Below are positions 1-12,305 of a stretch of 64,000 nucleotides of DNA, piece after piece. This DNA is from Carcharhinus longimanus. Lineage: Eukaryota. Location: positions 15,538,953 through 15,602,952 of the forward strand of contig JASCQW010000112.1 in assembly GCA_030264375.1 (NCBI GenBank). The letters run 5' to 3'. The notes under the pieces are model-generated. The model made no database searches and was not told the origin of the DNA. It saw only the letters and a program-made list of their open reading frames with translations. The translations under genes and the position numbers were made by a program. Positions within the stretch are counted from its first letter, which is position 1. Every line of letters begins with the position of its first letter.

Positions 1-283
1 TAGCTCTGTTGCCTCACAGTGGCAGGGACCCAGGTTCAATTCCAGCCTCAGGTCACTGTCTGTGTGGAGTTTGCACATTTTCACTGTGTCTGCATGTGTT
101 TCCTCCGGGTGCTCTGATTTCCTCCCACAATCCAAAGATGTAGAGGTTAGATGAATGAGCCATGCTGAATGAGTGGTGTTACAGATAGGACGGGGGAGAG
201 GGCCTGGGTACGATTTTCTATCAGAGAGTCAGTATGACACGATGGGCTGAATGACCTCTTCTGCACTGTAGGGATCTATGATT
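1..283 (+). mobile_element. HE1-type V-SINE (cut by window start)
   Basis: B-box ggttcaattcc, core tgggtttcctccgggtgctc-like, tail ctgcactgtagggat. Confidence 0.9.
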
Positions 284-293
284 TTCCAACATA

Positions 294-717
294 TGTATGG
301 GAACTTTGATAAACAAGAAGGAGAATAGCCATAACAACCAGGGTCTGCAGATGTGGATGTTTGGATAGTGTAGTCATGTCATAGTAGTAAATGAATATAA
401 TAATTAGGCAAGTGTTTAGAGACTGTAATGGATCAATTATATTCATCTGACATAAATGAAGTAATTAGAACATTGTATATTAATGACTACAGAAAAAATG
501 TATATGTGCGATTGGTATATGCAAATTACTGATAAGATAAGCAAAAGTATAATTGCTTATGCCAGTATCAGTCAATAATTTTGTATGCCAACTTGTGGAA
601 GGCAGACTTTCTTGCTATAGCTTGAATAAATGCCAATTTAAAAGTCCAAAAGCTTTGTCTTGTCTCTCGAGGGGAACGAAGTACAAGTTCGCTGGATAGT
701 GGTGAAGCTCCCTAACA
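294..717 (+). mobile_element. Possible solo LTR
   Basis: TGTATGGGA...TCCCTAACA imperfect terminal inverted repeat and internal AATAAA near 625; no clear TSD. Confidence 0.35.
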
Positions 718-767
718 GTACATACATATAATATATAGTCTTTTGGTAGCACAGAACTTAAGTATTG

Positions 768-930
768 CTGAAAAAAAGACCTGTTATTGAAGCTTTTTGA
801 CTAGCACTCATCAGGACAATTCACAAGAATACCAAATATAGAGGAAATGCATGAGAAGTGAATGCAGGTTGGTTGGCAAATGGACTCTGGTTGGTAGAGG
901 CATTGTCATGGTGTTGCCAAATTGTTGTTT
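768..930 (-). mobile_element. Old Penelope-like terminal fragment with degenerate hammerhead motif
   Basis: Minus strand reads tgtc-CTGATGA-gtgctagtc-aaaa-agct-tc-aata. Confidence 0.45.
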
Positions 931-1018
931 CTTTGTTCTCCCTCACCTGGGAGCTATATTAAAATTTTCCAATAAGTGAGCAATGCATGTCCATTCCCAT
1001 CACTATTCTTCCTCAGCT

Positions 1019-1210
1019 TGCTCCGGTTTCTTCCCACACTTTCAAAAATGTGCGGATTAGGATGATTGGCCATGCTAAATTGCCCTTTAGTGTTAAGGGA
1101 CTAGCAGGTTTAATATGTGTGGTACATGAACAGGGCTTGGGTGGGATTGTTGTCGGTGCAGGCTCAATGGGCTGAACAGCCTCCTTCTGCACTGTAGGGA
1201 TTCTATGATA
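1019..1210 (+). mobile_element. HE1-type SINE, 5' truncated
   Basis: gattggccatgctaaattgccc core and tail ctgcactgtagggattctatga. Confidence 0.88.
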
Positions 1211-2470
1211 AATCAATGGAGGCCCAGCCTAAAAAAGAATTGACACCACGCCACAGAGACAAAGACTAGGGGACTCAATGGCACACTGCATTGTGTTGGC
1301 ATCTGTGGGAGCTCAATTAAAAAGTAGCTCAGCCAGATAGGATGCAGGTCCTGCATTTCTAACAACCATCACTAGGATCTGGCTGTCTCAGACCATTACA
1401 GAGTGCTGCAGACTTATTGCCAAAGCACTTGGCAGAAGTGTGCTCATTTTCTCTCAGATACTGGAAATACATCATACTACTCTGCATTCTTGGTCTCTGT
1501 GTGAGGGGGAAAGACACTGTTCTTCTAAGCTTCAAACTGTTGGACAATTCCGAAGGTAGATTTGATATTGTAATTAACTGAAGTCAGACCTGGTTGCTAC
1601 ATGTGCACAGTGCAATCACTGGATGCAAACTGCGAGAATGTGCCACCTCACACCCCTATTTTTAGTGAATACATGCACGCACAGAAATAAAAACAATCTT
1701 CTGGAATAAACAATATTATTTCATGTAAACTAATGTCTGAAATGCCCTCTTCAAACTGACCTTCAGAAGTCATTTGCTGCGCATCATATCAAGCCCCCCA
1801 GTCCGTCCTTCTTGAGTCCATTAATCCTCTCTGTACTTAATTTCCTCTACAGCTTTCAAAGTATGCACATCTTCGATCACCTAAGAGCTGCTGGATGGAT
1901 TTCCTTTTGCATTTGCTACTGCTGAATTTTGTAAAGAGGGTTAGCAAAGACACGAGGCAATGGGTATGTTTTTATTCATTCGCAATTTACGTTCTGAATT
2001 CACCAAAAAATTGTAAACAATTTTATTTGTTTTTCAGCCATGGAAACAATCCTGTGGTTTTCAAAAGGTTAAACCCTCGCCTCACATATGCTTTGCGAAT
2101 GACACATGCTTGTGTTTCTTATCTGCTATTTCAAACGGGGATCAGTAAGTTCCCCTGGGGTCCGGGAGCATCAATCCAGAGCTCATCCATCCTTTTGTTC
2201 GCATCCGAACCTGTATTTAGTTCTCTCAAAATGCACATTTTCTGAGCAACANNNNNNNNNNAAAGGATCAATCCAACCACTCCTCAAAATCTCCAACCCC
2301 ACAATAAAATCACTGCTGCAAAATATTAGTCAACCATTTTTGCTTATCCTATATTTGCTCTGATATTCTGCCATTATTGTTAGTTTTTATAATGTAACTT
2401 GAAACATTCAGCATTCAAATTGATAGGAGTTTTTGGTGCAGTATGTATGATATGATATTTTCCCACTACT

Positions 2471-2768
2471 GGGCGGCACAGTGGCACAACGATTAGCGTT
2501 GCTGCCGCAAAGCACCAGGGACCGGGTTCGATTCCCAGCTTGGTCACTGTCTGTGCAGAATCTGCATGGTTTCCCTATGTCTATGTGGGTTTCCTCCAGA
2601 TTCTCCAGTTTCCNNNNNNNNNNNNNNNNNNNNNNNNNNNNNNNNNNNNNNNNNNNNNNNNNNNNNNNNNNTACCCAAACAAGTTCTGGAGCATGGCGAT
2701 TAGGAGATTTTCACAGTAACTTCATTACAGTGTTAATGTAAGCCTACTTGTGACACAATTAAATAAAC
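2471..2768 (+). mobile_element. V-SINE with alternative 3' tail (internal gap)
   Basis: HE1-like tRNA head; tail ...cacagtaacttcatt...gtaagcctacttgtgacac...aaataaac shared with 13397-13696. Confidence 0.85.
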
Positions 2769-2929
2769 AAAAACTGTATACGAATGTACAGGGGCACATT
2801 TACCTGCCCAGTGTTCATTTGGACACTGTGCAAGGAAAATAAAAGCACTTCTAAGGGATTTATAATTGTGCTGGTAAACATTATAAGTAAGGCATAGTTT
2901 TAAGCGGGTTTAATTTAATACTTCTGAGC

Positions 2930-3790
2930 CTGTTGTTAGATTCATGCTAGACAAAGGTATATGTGGGTTCGGTTATGACTCTAATTTAACTGTGATTCTG
3001 TTATGCTTAGAGAGAGCTACAGTGTGAAGAGTAAATGAACCAGTATGGGTTGCTAAGCAACTGGGGCCTTGTGGAGTAGAAAAAATTTTAAGTTTTAAGT
3101 TTGTTGAATTTGTTGGCAACAGGAGTCAGGACACTGGAAAGTGAAACTCTCTCAACTCTATCAGGAGAAACTGGAAAGGAGAAGAGAATTGCAAAGATGC
3201 AAGCTTCCTAAGGAACAAGTTACAGTCCAGATAATTAGGGAATTGGGACGGAAAGAATTTCTTAAGGCAACGGGAGTTAAGGGAACAGACATCAAGGCAT
3301 TTATCAAAAGAATTCAAGGAAGTGTAAACATTGTGTCTTGTGTTAAAGAGACAATTGCAGTAACCAGATTTAAAGTAGGGCAGCAGACTTCAATGGTAAA
3401 TGAAATATTCAATACCATTTTAATAAGAGTCTGGGAATTGAGAATTAAAGCAATTGTGAACAATTTGCACGGTGATCAAGACAAAAAACTCCTAAAGGTG
3501 TTGGTGTAAAATGCAGGACAGGATTCACTGTTGAAAGTAAAGTGTAATTTGAAAAACCTGGTGTGGATTTCAGAATGCAAACAGCAAAGAGCATTATTGT
3601 GAACAACAATTTTGAAGCGTGTTTTTGGGAGTGGAGTTTGGAAACTCTCATGTAACAATCATCTGGGGGATTCTGAAGAGAAACCCAGAGACGCCAGCTT
3701 TAATTCAGAGTGGAGTATATGCATTTGACCACAGCCAATCTGTGTGCTTAAAGGGACTTTGTGTTGAGGAGACCATTGTAGCTTAAGGCC
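2930..3790. repeat. Probable LTR-like repeat fragment
   Basis: G/A-rich composition resembling the solo LTR at 15260-16201; no clear ends. Confidence 0.3.
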
Positions 3791-4543
3791 ATGCTAAACT
3801 GCCTGAGCCCCAGAACCCCGCATACTTACTTTACTCCAGCTCACCTACACATCTTTTGATACTAAGTGCCACCGTGCCACTATATGCACACATCGTGCTC
3901 AAGTGTGCAAGTGCTATCCTCCTGCCATCTGGCAGCATACCGCACATGTTAACTGTGACTGGGCACATGGAAGAATTGATAGATGGTTTTGCCTGTTTTG
4001 CATAACTTCGTCCTCCATCACAGCCACAACACGTGTGTATTTTAATCATGGAGTTGTGCTTTCTTTCAAAAAATCATTGTTGCACAACATTGCCTCCCTC
4101 TGCACTGTATGATGTATGCTATGTCCATTGTCGACCTGACTCAAAGTATATGTTAAGAAAAATTTGTGTTGGAAACACCATTGTACGGGAAATGCGATTA
4201 TTTTCTGCTGGGTAGCAGAAAATATTTGAGTTAATGGCCTGAGGTTCCCAACCTCTAAAGCAGAGAAGAAACCGGCACAGACATGATGGGCCAAAGGGCC
4301 TCTTTCTGTGTTGTAAGATTCTAAAGTTCTATGACAGGAGAACCAGTGTCAAGTAAAAAAGGGCACATCTTTGAGAAGGTTAAGGACTATGGTTTCTTTA
4401 ACAGTTTGATGCTATTAAGAATAAATTCATAACTAGCTAACCAAAGCAGTGAAAATGTTATTGGGCTTTACAGAAAGCTATGGAAATCACACACAGAGGA
4501 TGACCAACTAATGCTCCTCATACATGATGCTGAAGAAAACACG

Positions 4544-4980
4544 AAACATAGAAGGTAGGAGCAGGAGGAGGCCTTTTGACCCTTCAAGCCTGCTCTGTCA
4601 TTCATTATGATCATGGCTGATCATCTAACTCAATAGCCTAATCCTCCTTTCTCCCCTTAACCTTTGATCCCATTCACCCCAAGTGCTATATCCAGTTGCC
4701 TCTTGAATACATTCAATGTTTTGGTATCAACTACTTCCTGTGGTAATGAATTTCACAGGCTCACCACTCTTTGGGGGAAGAAATGTCTCCTCACCTCCGT
4801 CCTAAATGGCCCATCCTGAATCCTCAGACTGTGACCCCTGGTTCTGGACTCCCTCACCATTGGGAACATCCTCCCTGCATCTACTCTGTCTGGTCCTGTT
4901 AGAGTTTTATTGAGATCCCTCCTCATTCATCTGAACTCCAGCAAAAACAATCCTAACCTAGTCAATCTCACCTCATACAT
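4544..4980 (-). mobile_element. CR1-family LINE 3' fragment
   Basis: Begins with the reverse of the CR1 tail (aaacatagaa..aggagcaggag..gcctgctc) and continues into the RT C-terminal region. Confidence 0.88.
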
Positions 4981-5149
4981 TAGGGCCATTTTATTAACAC
5001 TTGGGGGAGGCAGAACAATAATCAGCTATGATTTTGGATGTACTGCAGTGAATATCAATTTCTTTGCATAAAAGGGAAAACGCTACCTGTGCCGACACTA
5101 ACAGATTTTCCCCAAAATCCCAAAATTGATACTGAACATTTGGTGTGAC

Positions 5150-5410
5150 GTTATGGGTACGAATGGGCCAGGAACTGGCAAATGGAATTTAATGTTGGCA
5201 AGTGCGAGGTGGTCCACTTTGGTAGGAATAATGGNNNNNNNNNNNNNNNNNNNNNNNNNNNNNNNNNNNNNNNNNNNNNNNNNNNNNNNNNNNNNNNNNN
5301 NNNNNNNNNNNNNNNNNNNNNNNNNNNNNNNNNNGATCTTATTGAATGGCGGGGCAGGCTCGAAGGGCTGGATGGCCTACTCCTGCTCCTATTTCTTATG
5401 TTCTTATGAC
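5150..5410 (+). mobile_element. CR1 LINE fragment collapsed across a 100-N gap
   Basis: WQMEFNVGKCEVVHFG peptide, gap, then tail cctgctcctatttcttatgttcttatg. Confidence 0.88.
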
Positions 5411-5940
5411 ACTTAACCCTTCCTTGTCCCTTTCAGCAGAGTTCGAATAAAGTTCAACTTCTTTCCAATAGACGTTCCCCTCAAGTCAAAAAGCACAATG
5501 TTTGGGAGAGATGATAAAAAATGTGAAACAGGAAAGTATTCACCTTGCATTGACATTATAACTATGCCTTGATGAAATTAATAATATTAAATACCAGAGG
5601 ATAACATTGCTTCTCTCTTATTTACTTATGAGGGAGGAATAAAAGCCTTTGCTTTGGCAGCGCAAGTATAATCTAGTTTCTCCAATGATTTACTAAGTTT
5701 ATTCAGTGAGAAATTGATATCTTGGGACTAGTAGATGTAGCTAATCTCCACTGAGGTGGGAGCAAGTACAGTTGGCCTTGGTAACTCCGGGTTATTAGAA
5801 GATAAATCAACCACAGCTGATTACCGTTCCATAACCCCTGCTGTATGTGCGGACATGGAGTGATAGGAGTGTCAGTCTCAACTCTGTTGCCCATGCCCGT
5901 GGGTCATACAGTCCTGAGTCAAGACCAGGTCCAGGCAGAA

Positions 5941-6070
5941 TTGGCCATGCTTAATTGATCCTTAGTGTCAGGGCAACTAGCTGGGGTAAATGCATGGGGT
6001 TATGGTTGGATTGAGGTTGATGCACTCTCAATGGGCTAAATCTACTCCTTCTGCACTGTAGGATTCTATT
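5941..6070 (+). mobile_element. HE1-type SINE 3' half
   Basis: ttggccatgc..ttagtgtcagg..ctgcactgtagggattcta. Confidence 0.8.
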
Positions 6071-6084
6071 TTCATGAATAATGG

Positions 6085-6219
6085 GGCCGGATTTTCCGAC
6101 CTTGCCCGCATCTGGGATTCTCCCGGCCCGCTGCAGTGAATAGGGATTTGGATGAGCACCAAATTCTCCAGCCTCGCTGGCAGCGGCAGTGGGGAATGAA
6201 CGGCTGGAGAATTCTAGCC
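6085..6219. mobile_element. MITE-like element
   Basis: Imperfect TIRs ggccggattttcc / ggagaattctagcc; related copies at 14469-14548 and 15141-15252. Confidence 0.6.
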
Positions 6220-6489
6220 ATAATCATTTTGCAAAGGTTCCATTTGCTACTGGAGATCAAGTGGTCACATGACGACGCAACTACTTAAAGAACATGTGAT
6301 GGGAGTGTGGACGTTCTCCCCAGAGCACAGGCAGAGTACAAGCATGTACAGCTGCCTCAACTAGCAAATAAACTATTATTGGTCTAAGTCCTTGGTCGCC
6401 AGTGACTGGAAGAGAACACTTCTACAGCCATTCTCCTTAGACTTGAGTTCATCCACAACTTTGCTGCCTGCATCTAAACCCATACCAAG

Positions 6490-6810
6490 AAGTTCCATTC
6501 CCCCATCACCTCTCTGCTCGCTGACACACATTGTCTTGCAGTCCCATAATCCATTTCTGTTTTTAAAATCCCTCCATGGCCTCATCCCTCCCTCTCTATG
6601 TAATCTCCAGCCTGATAATCCTTTGAAATCTCAATGCTCCTTCAATTCTTGGCATCTTCTGCATTGCTGTTAACCACCATGGTTCCAATCTCTGTAAATC
6701 CCTTCACTGAACTTGATGATCTCTCACCTCCTTTCTGATGCTTCTTCAGACATGAATGCTTTGCCTAAGTTTCTTGGATGCCTCTTCTAATATCTCAAAT
6801 AGACTGGTGT
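6490..6810 (+). mobile_element. Old L2-like LINE 3' fragment
   Basis: ccccatcacc..ctcgctgac..cattg (HITP..LHWL-like region) and aaatccctccatggcctc. Confidence 0.6.
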
Positions 6811-6859
6811 CCCGTTTTATTTGATAACAACCCATGAAATGTCTTTTAAGTTCAAGGGG

Positions 6860-7174
6860 CATACAATGCAGAAGGAAGCCAGTTGGTCCATTGAGTCTGC
6901 ACCAACCACAATCCCACCCAGGCCACTATCACCACAACACCACGTATTTACCCAGCTAGTCCCCTTGATACTAAGGGGCAATTTAGCATCACCAATCCAC
7001 CAAACCCGTACATCTTAGTGCTGTGGGGGGAAACCAAAACACCCGGAGGAAACTCATGCAAGACACGGGGAGAACGTGCAAACTCCGCACAGACAGTGAC
7101 CCAAGCTGGGAATCGAACCCGGGTCCCTGGCTCTGTGAGGCAGCAGTGTTAACCACTGTGCCTTCGTGCCGCCC
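6860..7174 (-). mobile_element. HE1-type SINE, near full length
   Basis: Reverse complement contains head, core and tail. Confidence 0.92.
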
Positions 7175-8449
7175 CAGATGAGAATTGTTGTTGAAGAAGT
7201 GGACAACAGCCAGCACTTCTGGGGACCCAACCTGAGTCAGAAAATGGGAGGGGTATGCCGGAATAAAATGACAGGAAAATAAAGAGACGTTTCCATTAAA
7301 AAGATAAATTGTGCCATTTTGCAGCTTGGTTGGGGGTGATGGATGGACGAGCTTTCCGACAATACATGATAAATTTCAGTCACAAAATAGTGAGTGATTC
7401 TCCACGTTTATTCCAAGTGAAAGAAATAATGACCAAAATAATTAGTTTGCATAATATAATCAGATGTTTTTAATTGCAAACTTCAATTGTTAAATTACTG
7501 TTTCAATAAAATGGATCAGAGTGTGACATGGTTGAAGGTACGGCTGAAATTATGATCATGGGAATTACCCTGTACGACCTTAAAAAAAATCAGTCTGTGC
7601 AGGCCAACATAGAAGGGATACTACGTACTTAATAGCTGTTTCTTGAATAAACTGGAAAAAAATTGAGCCTGTCATTTTTGGACATGCTCTCGAAATGTTC
7701 ACACAGTCCCCGGAGGATTTAATTATTGCATCTTCTCAGTCAGTCCAATTCGATTGAACCAAAAAGGTCATTCAGCAGAGTCCATTTCTGTTAGAGTAAA
7801 GAGTGACTGAACCTTGGCACTCCATTTATCCTCCACTCTCTGCCATCAAGAGATAAAACAATATAAAGTGATGTACCTGACAAGAGAGAGAGCCTGGATT
7901 CCGCCTTATGAGAACGTAGTCAATGCTATCAGACTCAAGGTCACATCATTTTTCACCCTGCTTTCGAACTGCACTATCAAGATGTAATTTCATCAATATT
8001 CTTCCCAGTAAATTATCTGTCGACAGAACACTACATAACTGCTTTTTCAAGTCTTCAATCTAGCCAAATGGTTCGTGCACAACACATGGCTAGACTTGTG
8101 ACAGGGTAAAAAAGAGAGGGTTCAGTCAACATGTCATTCATGCAATAATAAATGAGAATGCATGGTTGATAAGCGTGCATTCAATCAATAAAAAAAAATT
8201 CTATTAAACCATCCTCAGTATAATCAGAGCTACACAGGGCTAGTGGGTCCAGGAAGTGTTTTTCTCTTATGCCTGGACCTCTGGCAACGTAATATTTAGT
8301 AGACCAGTTAAAAAACACACAGGAGGTAAACTATTCTGCTGCAGTACCTAGCTTGTACCAGTGGAGAAAATAACAATCTACTGCCTAATGCTGACTGAAT
8401 AGATACATCACGTTTATTATGAGCTAACGTATGGGAGTATATTACACAT

Positions 8450-8778
8450 CGGCATGGTGGCACAGTGCCAGGGACACCCACCACAACGCCAGGGACCCAG
8501 ATTCAATTCTGGCCTCGAGTCACTGTCTGTGTGGAGTTTGCACTTTGTCTCCGTGTCTGTGTAGGTTGCCGCTGGGTACTCCTCTGGGTTTCCTTCCACA
8601 GTCCAAAAATGTGTGCGTTAGATTGATCGGCCATGGTAAATTGACCCCCAGTGTCAGGGGGATTAGCAGGGTAAATGTGCGGGGTTATGGGAATAGGGCC
8701 TTGGTAAGATTGTGGGCAATACAGACTCAATGGGCCGAATGGCTTCCTTCTGTGCCGTAGGGATTTTATAATTCTATA
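8450..8778 (+). mobile_element. HE1-type SINE
   Basis: Head, core and tail gggccgaatggcttccttctg. Confidence 0.9.
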
Positions 8779-8834
8779 ACTTGGCCTCTTGAGCCTGGTC
8801 CACATTCAATGACATCACGATTGAATTGCTTGTG

Positions 8835-9060
8835 GTGGAGGTCTTATGGCATATTGGGGAGCGTCCCTGCCTCTGAACCAGAAGCTCTGGGTTCAAGCCC
8901 CACCCTAGTATTGGATGGCCAAGGAAGGTCATTCATAATGTGGCCGAATAGATTGAATGTCAACCTGCAACTCCTCCCAACATACCAGTGACTGGCGGTA
9001 AGGGCGGGAGAGACTTTTGGTCAACCACACTTGATGTGAAGTGACGTCCTTCAAACTATC
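8835..9060 (+). mobile_element. Second tRNA-derived SINE family (tRNA-Gln-like head)
   Basis: ggtcttatggc..cctgcctctgaaccagaagctctgggttcaagcccc; an inverted partial head copy lies at about 9225-9283. Confidence 0.6.
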
Positions 9061-9344
9061 AGCGGACTCATATTCATTTTGTTGGTGGGTTTCTGTTTTG
9101 GAATTAATTTGCTACAAGAGTTATGAAAAAGTTGCAGAAGAAACCAATCTTAATTATATTTCTGAACCCAAAAATGGTCAGAATTCATAGAATCCCTACA
9201 GTGCAGAAGGAAGCCATTCTGCCTCCTTTTGGTTCAGCTTCTGGTTCAGAGGCAGAGATGCTATCCAGTGCACCACAAGACCCCCACCACAATCATATCA
9301 ATCGTGGTGCCACTGAATGTGGAACAGGCTTAAGAAGCCAAATT

Positions 9345-9639
9345 TAGAATCATAAAATCCCCACAGTGCAGAAGGAGGCCATTCGGCCCATCGAGTCTGC
9401 ACCGACCACAATCCCACCCAAGAACCGCTCCCATTACCCCACCTGATACTAGGGAGCAATTTAGCATAGCCAATCAACCTAACCCACACTTCCTTGAACG
9501 GTGGGNNNNNNNNNNGCTCCCGAAGGAAACCCATGCAGGCAATGCGCAAACTCCACACAGACCGTGACCGAAAGCCGGAATCGAATCTGGGTCCCTGGCG
9601 TTATGAGGCAACAGTACTAACAGAGTGCTGCTGTGCCAC
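9345..9639 (-). mobile_element. HE1-type SINE
   Basis: Reverse-complement match to head, core and tail. Confidence 0.9.
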
Positions 9640-10034
9640 TCCAAGACCTAATCCTGCTTCTATCTCTTATGTTCTTATGCACAGAATCAAATAGAGGACA
9701 ATAAAAATTGGATTGAGTAAAAAGTAGAAAGACAACACTTTAAAATTCCTAATTAAAATCTTAATAGTTAATTTTTAGTGTCAGAGAGGTCGATCAGCAG
9801 TATTGCCACTCAATGCATTGTTGCAAAGTTTCTTAAACTTGAAATGACTTTATGACAAGGTAAACCTTTACAAATGCGGCAGCAGTCTCAGGCAGGGAAA
9901 ATGCAGAGTTAAACATGAGTTGCTCTGCACTATTAGCTTTACAAAAACAACATCTCACTATCTGGGCTCAACATTGAAATGCGCAAGTTTAACTTTTATC
10001 TCTCATATAAATACAGGAACTTCATAGAGTTAAT

Positions 10035-10650
10035 GGCCTGGATTCTGCAGTGGCAATGATGGCAAAACTGTTAGCGCTTCACATGAACACAGAGAGTAAT
10101 TCTGCATAAGGGCAGAATTCCATAGGTATCCCGAAGTTGCTGTTCGTGATTATACGTTTCTCCAGAGGATGTGCTGTTGAGGTCCAGCCAGAATGCAATC
10201 CCTAAGCAATCAGTAAATTGATGTAAGCGTCACTTCTATGCAATTAGTTCCACTATGAAAAAGATGCAGTGTTGAATGAAATGTAACTAGATTTTTAACA
10301 TAATTACTGTAAAACAACTGCATGCACCCTGAAAAGCCAAGTTTATGTTTGTTGAATGTCAATTTTCCGTTATGATTAAAAAACATTTTTTATAACATCT
10401 ATTTTAGTCCAATTTATTTCACTGACAGAACCTATAAATTAAAAGTGAAGGGTAGTCACTTTTTCACTTCCTGCTTTGCTGTCCATGAGAATGCTTGAAT
10501 GTGACTGGTTGCTTACCAGATCTCCTCAACATAGTGCCAGATTTAAGCTACTGACATAGGGAAATCCACGTTGGAGATTTCTACATCTTCCTGAGCAACT
10601 TTTGAGGTCAACTGAGGTTTATTGCTTACGGCTGATCACAAAATGTCAGC
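10035..10650. mobile_element. Old non-autonomous DNA transposon-like element
   Basis: ggcctggatt terminus; internal similarity to 23565-24158 (gaag(t/c)tgctgt..ca-gagg..tg..(g/a)ttgaggt). Confidence 0.45.
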
Positions 10651-10889
10651 GTTGAGTCCAGACAGCAAGGGATCTTTTTCACAGAGCTAACAGTAATGGG
10701 CAAGTCACATTTGACTGCTCATTTTTCCCTTTCCTGAAGTTGCTGTAGCATTTGAAAGCATTAGCACGTATTACACACTTCACTCTCAACTCAGACATAA
10801 AATTAGTCAAGTATTTTGACACAAAGGTAAAAACAGTCACCTAAAAATTTATGGTTTAAAATTATTCAAGCCAATGTTCCAAGCCCTAT

Positions 10890-11004
10890 ATTGATCAATG
10901 CACCAACCAACTCAAGAACACTTCTTTCCTGCTGCCGTCAGACTTTTGAATGGACCTACCTCGCATTAAGTTGATCTTTCTCTACACCCTAGCTATGACT
11001 GTAA
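10890..11004 (+). mobile_element. Rex1/Babar-like LINE 3' end
   Basis: Encodes TNQLKNTSFLLPSDF / NSFFPAAVRLLN-like end followed by a UTR shared with 43130-43325. Confidence 0.6.
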
Positions 11005-11397
11005 NNNNNNNNNNNNNNNNNNNNNNNNNNNNNNNNNNNNNNNNNNNNNNNNNNNNNNNNNNNNNNNNNNNNNNNNNNNNNNNNNNNNNNNNNNNNNNNN
11101 NNNNNNNNNNNNNNNNNNNNNNNNNNNNNNNNNNNNNNNNNNNNNNNNNNNNNNNNNNNNNNNNNNNNNNNNNNNNNNNNNNNNNNNNNNNNNNNNNNNN
11201 NNNNNNNNNNNNNNNNNNNNNNNNNNNNNNNNNNNNNNNNNNNNNNNNNNNNNNNNNNNNNNNNNNNNNNNNNNNNNNNNNNNNNNNNNNNNNNNNNNNN
11301 NNNNNNNNNNNNNNNNNNNNNNNNNNNNNNNNNNNNNNNNNNNNNNNNNNNNNNNNNNNNNNNNNNNNNNNNNNNNNNNNNNNNNNNNNNNNNNNNN

Positions 11398-11472
11398 CTG
11401 TTGGACTTTAACCTGGTGTTGTGAGACTTCTTACTGTGTTTACCCCAGTCCAACGCCGGCATCTCCACATCA
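11398..11472. mobile_element. Penelope-like element terminus next to a gap
   Basis: ctgttggactttaacctggtgttgtgagacttcttactgtg..cggcatctccacatcat; shared with copies at 19530, 37600 and 58430. Confidence 0.75.
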
Positions 11473-12305
11473 TTTCTTTTTAAGTACATGATACTAAAAT
11501 GCAAACAATACATTTAAATAACCTGAAGGTTTTTATACTCAAAGCCTCTGCTGTTCTCTCGCAGTTATCTCTGAGGGATTTGCTGCTTCTTGTCAGCCGC
11601 TACGTTTGACTTTTTATACCTGACATTGGACTTTCACTTCACTTTGTCCCCAGGCAAAAAACAACAACAACCCACCATCTGTCATTGGCTGGTCCAATGG
11701 AGGCTTGCTCAGGCCAAATTTAATACTGTGTGGTCAGAATTGGCAGGGAGATTGCAATTTTGTTTAATTAGGGACTCGGAAACCTATTATTTGATCCCTA
11801 TCTAGCAGATGGCAGGCTGCTATTCCATTCCCTGCTCTCTTCACAATCTGGTCAGTGAAGATGGAAAATGGGATACTCATATCAGACCACCTTTAACTCT
11901 GGCCAAATTACACTTGTGTTTCTGGTGTTCATTAGGTTGAGTGTCGATAGAACCGCACAATGGTTCTATTTTAGCTTTGCATCTGTTGAGACATCCAATC
12001 ATGCCAGCAACACAGGCTCACGAGCAACTTCAGGTAACTGAATCATAATACCCCAGCGAGAGCAACCTTTCTTAATGTCTTCATTAAATCAGCATTCTTC
12101 CTTCAGCACGCTGACGTGCTCCCCTTAAAGCGTCAGTGTTTCAGTGAAACTTCCTACCCACTGTCGTTTCGGCAATCCCAGTTCCTTTCAATCAAGCCTC
12201 TTTTGAATAGAGAGAAAAAGAATTGTCCTGCATGACCCTGCTTTAAATATAAATGATTGCATGATAACATTTAGGTAAAGTGGATGGCTCCATCTTACAG
12301 CTTCA

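Noticed and set aside
1853-2040. Plus-strand exon/short-intron-like signals
   Set aside because: No recognisable peptide or partner exons.
3141-3509. 122-aa Lys/Glu-rich ORF
   Set aside because: Starts at GTG, has no recognisable domain or splice context, and lies in LTR-like A/G-rich sequence.
8835-8905. tRNA-Gln-like sequence
   Set aside because: Cloverleaf stems are broken and it continues into a SINE body. The same applies to all HE1 heads, so no real tRNA gene is called.
10950-11513. Long ORFs full of X residues (also near 36200, 38600, 39600, 57600)
   Set aside because: Artefacts of reading through N gaps.
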